The notes beneath the pieces were generated by a model. It worked only from the letters and a program-made list of their open reading frames with translations, had not been told where the DNA came from and did not search any database. A DNA stretch of 64,000 bases from Macrostomum lignano. Lineage: Eukaryota. The first letter of the stretch is position 1, and each line of letters starts with the position of its first letter. This document shows positions 49,638 to 60,525 of the stretch, piece after piece. The stretch is from assembly GCA_002269645.1 (NCBI GenBank), contig NIVC01000064.1:62001-126000 (forward strand), in the 5' to 3' direction. The position numbers and the translations under genes were made by a program.

Positions 49638-51506
49638 TTATTTGCTTGTCCTGCCCGCCGCACCAATCATCATCGGGTACTTTGTCGCCGAATCGACTCC
49701 GCTGACGTCAACAGTGGCGCTGCTGCTTCCGTATTTGTTGTTAAAACTGACGCTGATCTTTGACCCTCGACGACGAGCATCTCGAGTATCGCCGTCTCCG
49801 GGCTGACCTTCACGCCGAGTAGCCATGCAGCGCGAGACCAGAATGCAGGCCAGCGAATAGCAGAATCCCACAGCCAGGCCGAGAGACACGTCCAGCACGA
49901 GGACAGACACAGCGATCAGTAGCCAAGTGCTCAAGTCCAGGTACTTGGCTTCACGCCACAGTTTAGGAATATCGGTCACTTGTTTGAACAACCCGACTAA
50001 GGACACGACAATAACGGAGGCCAGAGCGCAGTCGGGAACAGCTTCGAACAACGGGCCAACTGCTAGCACAACCAGTAGCAGGACGAGGCAGCTCACTGCT
50101 GATGCCACCTGCGACATCATGCCCGCTCCGACCACCACAGCGCATCGAGCAAGCGCGCCAGTAGCGTAGAAGCACTGTAAGAAGCTACCGAACAGACTGG
50201 ACGTTCCCAGTACAAAGAGCTCCCCATTGTAGTTCACTTCATAGTCAAACTGCAGGGCGTACATTTTCCCGATAGAGAGGGACATGGCCGCGCCGACTAA
50301 ACTAACAGGCATGCACGGCAGCAGGACGTTTGGCATGAAGGAGAAATCCGGTACTAGCGGTAGCGGCAAGCCTCTCGGGACGGTTCCGACTACGTCAACG
50401 CCGAAGCGCGACTGCAATTGCAACGCGTGTGACGCCACCAGCGCCGATAAAATGATGAGCAGTTCAACTGGCAGTGGAACTTTGATGCACTTTTTGACGC
50501 GCGGATTCAGGTACTCTTTCATTAAGTAGAGCGGCACCATGCACGAAACAGAGGTGATTACGGTGGTCCAGTTAGTCGAGGCGATGTTAATTAATTAATT
50601 AATTAGTTAATTAGTTGGTAATTAGTTAATTAATCCCGTGTAGCTGGCAATCAGTTTAACAAAGTTGTCGCCGCTAGTTGGCTGAACGCCCAGCAGCACC
50701 GGCACCTGGCTGGTGAAGATGTGCACAGCTGCGGCTGTTGTAAAGCCGCGAAGCATCGGGTTGGAGACATACTTCATCACAAAGCCGAGATGCAAGTTGC
50801 CGAGCGCTATGTTGATTACTGATGCCGCAAAACTGCCTAAAACGGCGACTTGAAGTCTAGCGTATTCTTCCACGGTGAGTCCGCCGTAGTACTCATCGGA
50901 GTCGCTGGAACAGTCGGTATTTAGATTGATCTCATCAACTTCTGAGTATAAAGAGCAATTACTTATGGTTATATTAAAGTCCGGAAGCTGGTCCATGTAC
51001 TGACGATAGGTCGTCCCGATCATGTCCGCTAGCAGCAGCGAGGTCAGCGAGAAAGTGCCTATTGATTGGTGAAGCGACCTGCCTATCAGAGAGTAGAGAG
51101 CCACGGGTATCAGCGAGGTGTACAGGCCGTTGATGGGTTCTAAATCAGCCAGCAAGCTATTGGCCAGGCCTTGTGGTATGTGAAAGACGCTCATTGTTAA
51201 CCCGGCGAGCAGGTCCGACACCAGAGCTTTGCTTGAGTAGCTTCCGCTAGAGATCAGGGAATAGAACGGAAACAGCAGCTGGAACAAGCTCTCGGCTCGG
51301 TGCTTCAGCGCTACCATCGTTGGCTCGCTGCAGCATGAGTTGCAGCAATTACTGCAGCGACCGCGAAACGGCTTCTTACCGAGCAGGCCTCGTCGTCTCG
51401 TTGTTGAAGATCCGTACAGATGGTGCAAATCGTCCGACAACAACGGAATTGTTTCCGATCGAGTGCTCTCCAACAGGTCAGCCTCTGATTCAGTTGCCGT
51501 TGTCAT
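49638..51506 (-). pseudogene. STAS-less intronless SLC26, copy 3, interrupted by a TTAA-rich expansion
   Basis: ORFs 50622-51506 and 49638-50540 are in the same frame, separated by a net +36-nt AT-rich insert containing stops (50588-50634). Confidence 0.85.
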
Positions 51507-51886
51507 GATCTCCCCGCGGAGCCTGTCCGACGAAATTCCTTGCTAAAAACTGCGACAAATAAGTTTTTGCGAGCGCAATAAAGAGCTCCTTGCACGCTAA
51601 ACTAGATCGAGCGCATTGCTTAAGAAAAGAAGCAGAGAGAGATCTCGCCCTAATGGGCGCGAACTGGTTGCAACGCCTATGCCAGATTGATACTCTTATC
51701 AATTCGAAACATTTCGAGAGCAATTTTTGACCGCACTTTGAGGGAGCGCCTGCCGTTATTCTCTTATAATATTCTGCATGTGTCGTGGCTTTTTACTAAG
51801 GCACCAATAGACGGTAGGTCGTTATTAATTGTCAGTACTGTACAATTTATCGCATGTCGATCTTCACTATTTTTGACATTTTAAAT

Positions 51887-52382
51887 CTGCCGCAGATCTG
51901 GCGCATCCCCCATATCGACTTAATCATGTGGCTGGTGGCAGCGCTCTCCGTACTCATCCTGAATGTGAGTTGGCTATCGGTCTGGGCTTCACCCTGTTCT
52001 CCGTGATCCTGCGCACCCAGTCGGCCAGAATAGCGGTCCTTGGCCGCATTGGCGACACAGACATCTACAGAGACGTCCGCGAGTACCCAGCTGCCGAGGA
52101 GCTGCCGGGACTGAAAATGGTCTGTTTCGACGCTCCGTTGAACTTCGCCAACGCGGAACTATTCCGGGACATTGTGCTGCAGCTGGTCGATGACTCTGAT
52201 TGTCTCATTTTTATCTCACTGTGAACAACGCCGTGCTGTTTGCCAGTCGCGTGGCACCGATTTACAAGACAGAGACGGTCAGGGAAGTTCAAGGAGTCAA
52301 ATACACCATTGTAATTGAAATGACGAACCGTCCCGATACTGCTACCTCGTAACAACGAGGTTGGGGTGGTGCTGATTTTAAC
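51887..52382 (+). pseudogene. SLC26 TM13-14/STAS fragment, copy 3
   Basis: Same 7-nt deletion and same internal fusion as the other copies, but lacks the 21-nt duplication. Confidence 0.88.
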
Positions 52383-53600
52383 TTAAGCTTTTGTTGTTTT
52401 AGCAGTCGCATAATCCGAACGAAATAGTGCAGTTGTTAAATTTTTAATACGAATAGTTTTTTATTACCAAATCTAGCGCTAGAAATACGAAGTTATAAAG
52501 TGCACGTTATAAATCATTATGTATTTTTTACTTTGCGCGTTTGTAACACAGCAGTTATGTCTGTGAAGAAATATTTTTAGTTCAAAACGGTGCTCGATTG
52601 ATTCTTAGTCAGAAATAGGCGTGCTTGTCTCTGGCCTAAACTGCTGTCTCTGTCTGTAGGCTTTGGGTGTCTTTTAGCATGGCTTAGCATGACTTAGCAT
52701 GGCAACAGCCACGATTTAGAAACATTTCCGTTTGTCATCATTGCCGAATAATCAAAGCAACTTTGATACGCATTTTTCGTACTAACTTTAAGTGACAACT
52801 ATCTGACACCGGTATTGGTAAGTTGTACGAGTAGCAACGCAACTGGCAATTTTTTTCTTCTATTGATTTTTCTTACACTAATTGTGCAATCCATCACTAT
52901 ATACTGTATTGTTGGAGAATAGGAGAGTTTGAGAATGCGGTACTGTGAGGGATTCAGGTGGGTGAGGGGCGGAGAAACTGGGGGATGTACGCGAATGGTT
53001 GCTAGTGTAAAGTATAAGAAAGCAACGCTACTGCCAGTCACTGTGCAGTGAGAATAACGCAAAGACCTCACTTGTCCGAACTAATGATTATATTATTAAA
53101 CGAGTGCAGTTAGTCATCTGTTAGCTTACGGCGAGGGCGGGGGCGGAAAATTGACGTGAATAGTAAAAGTTAAGCGAGCAAGTACAAGTCCGGTAGAAAC
53201 ATAACAGAGGTTTAAGCTTTAGAGACGTTAATAAAATAAGTGGGTCTGTTGCGTGAGCATTGTGTAAATAGCAGCGGGAAAAAGGAAGTGAGTGTACGGA
53301 ATGGTTGGGGCGGGTGGTGAAGCAGACACGAAGGGGCGGTCAACGTTAAAAAATATACGTTTAAAACACCGTTCGTACTGTGTGTACAAATACGAGTAAT
53401 TATTGAATGGTAACTATAAAAATAATAACTAGTAAAAATCTGGATAAAAATATTTCATTTACAGCTTCTTTTCTAAATATTACCAAATATCCAAATACCA
53501 AATACCAAATATAGATATTCAAAGCCAAGGAAACACCGTCACAAAGTAAAAAATAATCAGGAAGTTTATTAAGTTCACTTCAAACTTCACCTACAAAGCT

Positions 53601-54154
53601 CTAAATAGTGCTCTTAGGGATTGACACAATTTCATATTTATCACCACTATGGCACTGCTCTGTGATTCCAACATTGTAAATGCCACAGAATGCTGCAATG
53701 GCGGCTCCAGTGCCAGCAGCCGCTGTTCCTGACAGTCCAGCTGCTCCAATGCTCTGGCCAACAGACACCACAAATGGGGTGGTGCCTGCTCCACAAGCTT
53801 GTATCCAGGCTGCAATTGAGCCAGCAGCAATTCCACCTGCTGTAAATCCAACCAGACCAACAGCCCACGGTGCAACATAAAAAGATGCAACAGTGGCGGA
53901 TCCTCCCAAAGCAATGCATGTTCCAACTCTCCAGTAATTGTAACCTAAGTGAGAAAAAAATATACAGAATGCCATGTGTAAATTAGCCATGCAAGGAGAC
54001 TGCAACTGGCCTTGTTGCAGACAGGTGCAAAAATTTAGTTATACTGAATAGACTTACAAGTTTTGACCTGCTGTTCTTTGTCGCAAGAAAAACATGGTCC
54101 AAGTTGGATGGAAACCAGAAGAGCCAAAACTAGAAGCACTTTAGCGGGCTGCAT
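53601..54154 (-). CDS. IFI27/ISG12-like protein with signal peptide, copy C
   Basis: Exons 54154-54058 and 53944-53601; GFTAGGIAAGSIAA..GQSIGAAGL. Confidence 0.8.
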
Positions 54155-54206
54155 TTTTGTCAACTCCGAAAGTTATTTTAAAACATGCGAAAATTCACTA
54201 TATAGT

Positions 54207-54719
54207 TTTGGCGCCCCAAACTTTGAGCTGAAATGAAATGAAACTCTAGATCCGCCACTGACTTTGACAATCGGATCTGCAATCGCTTGATAGTTATACT
54301 CTGACTATAAATTTTCATATACATGCTTCGGACCAACTATTGATACGAGTATAAGTGACAAATACTGTCATTGGGATTCGTAAGTAGTAGCAAGGCAACT
54401 GGCATTGTTTTCAATTTAGCTTTCCACTGTGAAAACTATATCTTTAATCATATATCTAGCTCGTAATTACATCTGAGAAAGAGGGTGTAATTTATATCTT
54501 ACACAAGATATCTTAAAAAGATCTACAATGAAGCAAACATGCATACACGCAGAAGTGAGAGGAATAATGAGTTCACGATCTTGGATGATGGATTATTGTC
54601 ATTGCATCTACCAATAAAATTAGCTAGCTACATGTACCTTGAACTTAAGGTACAGGCATTTTTCGGAAAGTGTCTTGCGAATGCATTTAGATCATGCTGA
54701 TACAGTGGTAGCAAATACT
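54207..54719. repeat. Near-identical duplicate of ~45766-46278 (begins inside the hAT MITE)
   Basis: ttggcgccccaaactttgagc..cagtggtagcaaatact is present at both loci. Confidence 0.92.
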
Positions 54720-54813
54720 GCAAAAGCAGCTGCAACACCCAACCCCAGAGATTGACAGTGTGCATACTATTTCGTCTTAATAGTAATTGTGAGCAATCCT
54801 TTTAGATGGCCAT

Positions 54814-57800
54814 TCAAACAGTCAGCACTTCAGGGTACACGACATTTCTCGTCTTATCTCCAGAGATTCGGACCCGTACATTGGCCGCATTCTTTGCTCG
54901 CGACAGCGCAGTGTACAGCTGGCCGTGCGCAAAACAGCCGACAGCCAGGTCGATGCCCACGGTGTCGAGCGACTGGCCCTGTGACTTGTGGATCGTCAGG
55001 CAAAAGCTCGGCTTAACTGGGAACTGCAGCCGCTTGAAGCAGACTGGCAGGTCAGCATTGTTGGGCTGCAGCGGAATCCTCGGCAGTAAGATTTCATCAC
55101 CAGAGAACTGGCCGGCAGCGACCTTGCAGCGCAGCACGTTCTCGCCCAGCTCCAGGATGATCAGCCGGGTGCCGTTGCACAGCCTTGGCGGATTCAGATT
55201 CCGCAGCAGAACCAGCGGCATGCCCACCTTGAGCTTAAGCAGGTGAGTAGGAAAGTTCGGAGCATCCAGCTGGTTCAGCAGCTCCGGAGGAAAGTGCGTG
55301 GCCGCTTCCTCGTCAGCCACGCTGTCCACTGAGCGATACTCTCGCAGTTGGTCTGGGAACATTGCCAGGCACTCGCTGTTGATCGCGTCAACCGCATCGT
55401 TGTAGGGCGCCAGGATTGCCCGGCTTGAAAAGTAGCCGTCACGCTCCGCTGACGCCTCGAACGAAGGGTACACGAACTGGATCAGCGCGGAGAGCGGCGC
55501 CTCTGCCGGAATGACGATCTCGGCAGGAAGGCGGACTGTGTCATCCGACTGATCAGCCGGCCCTGAGCCGATCTGTGCGGGATGTGCAGAAAATGCAAGA
55601 GAATCTCATGTTGCCACGCTCATATAAGCAGCAAGAGAAATATTCACCTGCATGAGCAGTTGCATATAGCGATTGTACAGCTCAGCATCAGCACAGCGTT
55701 GCAGCCGGATGTTCTTAGAAAGTCTGTGCCTGTGGAATAAAGGCCACAGATTAGATTTGCTTACACAAGCTAAAATGTTGTTTGCCCTGGTGCCATTCTG
55801 CACCACCGGCAGCAGCTGGCGAAAGTCTCCAGCGCAGACCAAAACGATGCCGCCGAATGGACGGTCTTGCTTCCGTAGGTCTCGGAGACTGCGGTCGACA
55901 GCCTCCAGATCCTTCCGATTCGTCATGGAGATTTCATCCCAGACTATAAGCCGCACGGTGCGAAACACTGCGGCCTGTCTTGATTGGGCTCGGACAGAAC
56001 ACACGTCCTTGTCGGTGCGAACCAGCCGCACTGGGATCTTGAATGTCGAATGCGCCGTCTGTCCACCCGGCAGCAGGGTGGCTGCGATGCCAGACGACGC
56101 AACGGCGAGTGCGACTTCCCCTCGACTACGCACAAACGCCAGCAGAACCTCAAGCAAGAAGGTCTTGCCGGTGCCTGCGGGAGCGTCAAGGAAATGCAGC
56201 CCACCTGAGCCATTGTAAATATCCTCAGTCACGGCCTCATAGATGACCCGCTGCTCAGCCGTCAGCATTGGCAGCCGCGTCTCTGTGATCTCCGCCTGCT
56301 CGACCGTGTCGAACTGCTGCGGCCCGACTTGCGGCATAGCGGAGGCAGCAGGAAGTCCGTACTCTGGCAGACTGCTGCCGCCCATTGACGTCAGCATGCT
56401 CTGCAGCTCTCGCAGAGCCAAGTCGCTGACTTCCTCGGCGCTCAGGTCCGGGTTGTGGAATCGCAGGTCTTCGCAGAGATCCTCTGCAAAGCTGCTCCAC
56501 AGGTTGGCGCCATCGTCTGGCTCTCCCCAGATGAGGACGACAGCCAGCAGGTGCCTCAGAGCTCGCGGCATTCGGCTCTGGACAGCCTCAGTCAGGCAGT
56601 GGTGCCAGTGGTCATCGCGTTGCAGCAGGCCGAGAGCCATGCAGGCAGCCTTGGCGCTGACGAAATGAACACTGGCCACGGTCTGCAACGACTCGAAGCT
56701 GGTCGGTCCTCGCACGTGCAGCAGCAGCAGTCGCAGGTAGAACAGGTCACCTGCTCTAGGACTAACTGTGTACATGCGAGATATGTTTGAATTGCGCTTT
56801 ACGCCAGGATGCCCTTCGACATCGGCGCCCTGCTTTGCCCGACGCCACTCTCTTGCACTCGGATGCCACACAAAGTAGGAGGCCACCTCGTTGTAGAGTA
56901 GACGCCGAGCAAACTCGTCAGTGCGGCACAGCTTGAAGAAGGCCGTCAGTGTCGAATCTCTGGGCGCCTTGGCTTTGGCGCTGGCGGTCCGCTCGTTGAA
57001 ATACACAAGCTGCTCTTCAGACTTGTGCACGCAGAGTCTGATGACCGCCGGGTACCTGTTGTGCACCTGGGTGTTAAGATGTTAAGGATCGTGTCATTGG
57101 AAATAAGATAAAACAGGTAATCACAACTGATTACTCACCTCAAAGGCCAAGATGGTGTTTACAGCTTCCATTGGGCCAATGTAGCGTGCAGACAGGTACT
57201 CTGAGATTTCGTCACGTGGCTTCTCTAGCTGTTTGACAGGCTGAGCTTCAGTGGCTCCAGCGTCGGCAACTTTGAAAACAGCCATATCGCCACTTTTCAT
57301 CAAATACTTGATTACGTACTTGACAGACTTGACGGTGGCACAAACTTCAACGTTCAAGTGGCATGCGAACTGGAGCAGCAGGTCAGGGTTGTATGGCACA
57401 ACCCACCTAGAGAAAGAAGAAGAAGAAGAAGATAGGAAAGATAGGAAGATAGGATTTAACTGTATAGTACAGAAATGCTATGGCTAAGCATCTGCAGACT
57501 CACCTGTTGTCCATTCGGATGCTGCGGCCCTTGAACAGTTTGTCCACCGTGAAGCCTCCCATCTCAGGAGAGCGCCTCCTGTAGAACGGGTACCCGGTGT
57601 CGCTGGTCAGCGTCTCCGGCTGAAAGTCCTTCGGGAAGGCCTTGCTGCACTTGCCGTTCTCCATGCAAGGGCAGGCCGGGTTCAGCTCGCCACACGGTCC
57701 GTGGATCATGTGGATCTTGACCAGCTCGTACAGCACTGGCTGCCGCTGTGGGTCTGGGATCTCCGCAGACACGATGGCATCGTAGCGATCCGGAGTGACT

Positions 57801-60525
57801 CGACTTCCGTTTGCCAGCCACAGCAGAAAGTGCACATGGGGAAGGCCTGTGTTGAATGTTTTATAAATAAGTAATGTCTTATAATTAATCATGAGACAAA
57901 AGACATTAATTATAAGACATTACTTTTTGCAGTTCATCACAGAGAAAACGGATCAACTCACCGCGCTTCTGGTACTCCAGTGAGCAGACATGCGCAGCTT
58001 CCTTGCCAAAGCGCTTCCTGAGCTCTTCAATCAGAGCTTTTTTCTTTAATTCAAACACCCGGGTCACAATGTCCGGACGGTCTTCAGGCCGCTGACCAGG
58101 CAGCAGCTGCACCGTAATCTCTGGCCACTTCGGGTTGCACGTGGCCGTGACAAACAGGTCTGGCTTACCAAACTTGTGCACGTAGGACATTGCGTCCTGC
58201 AGCCTCTCCATCAGGTACCTGGGTCCACCAACAAAACTGGAGGACAGATACACATGAGAAGGCTTACCAATCTCATTGGGATCGGCTTCAGTGTGCCTGC
58301 CATCAGCAGCAAACAGGGCGTCTCTCAGGCCGCTGTAAGTCTAGCTGCGCAGGTCCTCCTGATGAGTCCGCAGGTACAGCAGCCTCTCGGACTCGATCTT
58401 GGCAGCCATGTCCACCAGGTACTGCTGGAACAGACGCCTGCCGTGGTGCAGCACATTGAACTGGCCAGCTCGCACCATGATTTCGCTGGCGTAGTACTTC
58501 ATGGGCGTCAGCTTCCGCCCATTCGCCATCTTCAGCTCCGGGTGCCAGCCGTCCTCGCCATTGGGGAACAGCAGCACGTACTCCAGAGGGTCATAGGACC
58601 GGTGCGTCTCGGCTATGCGCTGGACTTGGCCACCACGCAGTCGGATCACAACGTCACGATTTGTCGTTGCGTCCTCTGTGCCACCAACGATAAGAATGCC
58701 AACCTCATTGGCCATAGGAAGATTGTAGCGCCTGAGGAAAAATCATATTTTTATATTTTTATATTTTTATATACTGTATCATGTATATATACAATATATA
58801 CATCATAGTTTATTTTGACACCACAAACTCACCGAATGTGTTCCCCTGCTGGTCTTCGGTCCGGGTGAATCACAATTCGCGCATCTCCCAGCTCAGGGTC
58901 GCCACTGATTCGCTGAACAGCAGCTCGAAGGCTTTGCACGTAGCCGTTGGATTGATGCAGCAGAGTTTGCAGCAGCTTTAGCAGCTCTGGCTTCACTCTC
59001 TGACTGAGGCTCAGGCGGCTCTCCAATTCGCGGTCAGTAAAATACACCTGCCAGCCATGCGGCTCGGCTGAGGGGTCGGCAAGCAGCGGCCCCATATTGT
59101 GATGCAGCTGGCCGCTGATGATGAAGCTGGGACTATAGCCAGGCACCATTCTGAGCTTCACACCCAGAGATGTCAGGTGCAGCACCGCATTGTAGCTCCT
59201 GATGTGGGCCAGGAACTCTGCACTGAGTCGGTGCTGCCCCGTGTAAAGATCTGCCAAGACCTGCGGCATCGTACGGGTGGGCAGCTTCACCTTGCCCTTG
59301 GCGCAGCAGAAGTTGCGCGTCTCTTTGGCCCAAAACAATGCGCCACAGTCATTGCAGGCGTTGTTCATTGGTCCACACTGGTGAGCCGGGGCCTCTGGCA
59401 GCAATGGCTCGGCACGCCTGTGAGTACAGTGGAATAAGACATGTTGTGAGGACAGCAGTTCAAATCAAAAAGACAAATGAAGAAGACTCACCGATGATCA
59501 CCCGATGCTCCAATGTCGGCACATGAGCTGTGGAGGTCAACTGGCACTGCCTTTGAGCCGCTTGCCATTGGCCTGGGACACTCTGCACCTGAAGAAGCTT
59601 GCAGAGACGGTCGAAGTCTGAGCGACTCGTAGTGCTCGTGACTCAAGAGCACACGCACAGTGGCATTGGGAGGCTGCTTGTCACACTTGAAATATTGCAG
59701 CACATTACCATTGGACTGGTAAATCACCAGGTCCATGTCAAAGCAGCTACTAAACAGAGCTGCCACTTCGTCTGAAATATAAACCCCTTCCTGAAAGGAG
59801 GAATTCGCAATCTCATCGGCGCAATCAGGCGCGATGATGCCATTCGCGACCAACTGTGGCAAAAGTTCAACTGCACGACAGGCCAACTCGTGCCGAAGGG
59901 TAGCGGCATCGGTTTCATGCGGTGTGCCACGTAGCTGGTCGCACACGGCATGAAAAAAGCAGTTGCCATCGCCAATGGTGGTATTGACCTGCAACTGACT
60001 AAAGGGCACAATAGATTCGACACAAGGTAACCTGGTGACAGATTCACCGCGCCGACAATCAGCCTGTCTCTGCCGCTGCTCTTCCAGACGGGTAATCCGC
60101 TCAGCCTCGTCCTCAGCAGCGCGAAACTCAGCCTGTCTCTGCCGCTGTTCCTCCAGACGGGCAATCCGCTCAGCCTCGTCTTCAGCAGCGCGAAACAAAG
60201 CCTGTCTCTGCCGCTGTTCCTCCAGACGGGCAATCCGCTCAGCCTCGTCTTCAGCAACGCGACACTCAGCCTGTCTCTGCCGCTGTTCCTCCAGACGGGC
60301 AATCCGCTCAGCCTCGTCTTCAGCAACGCGACATTCAGCCTGTCTCTGCCGCTGTTCCTCCAGACGGGCAAACCGCTCAGCCTCGTCTTCAACAGCGCGG
60401 CGCTCGGCGTCTCGCCGCCGCTGCTCTTCCAGACGGGCATCGCGCTCTCCAGCAGACTCGGCCAGTCGTCTTTTCTTTGCGTCACGGCTTCTCTTCAAAT
60501 GGCTTGCGCCACGGCGCACCATCAT
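54814..60525 (-). CDS. Helitron RepHel protein (charged repeats + OTU + Zn-binding + HUH Rep + Pif1 helicase), 7 exons, ~1725 codons, in-frame TAG at 58341-58343
   Basis: Exons 60525-59492, 59417-58833, 58731-57962, 57846-57504, 57406-57139, 57066-55648 and 55572-54814 total 5178 nt, all GT-AG and phase-consistent. Splicing restores RRYNLP, EYQKR/GLPHVH, DNR/WVVPYN and LMQ/IGSG. Other motifs: YVIKYLMK, DAPAGTGKT, WDEISM, GDFRQLLPV, TIHKSQGQSL, QLYTALSR; OTU GDGNCFF..HYES. Confidence 0.93.
60040..60440 (-). repeat. Coding 69-bp repeat (EDEAERIARLEEQRQRQAECRVA)n in the Helitron N-terminus
   Basis: About 5-6 copies of a 23-aa charged unit. Confidence 0.9.

Noticed and set aside
50588-50634. The TTAA-rich insert as a new intron rescuing SLC26 copy 3
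   Set aside because: No GT..AG (or GC..AG) boundaries on the coding strand.
54814-60525. Classification as Helentron/Helitron2 because of the OTU domain
   Set aside because: Rep motif II is RGLPH and no APE endonuclease follows the helicase.
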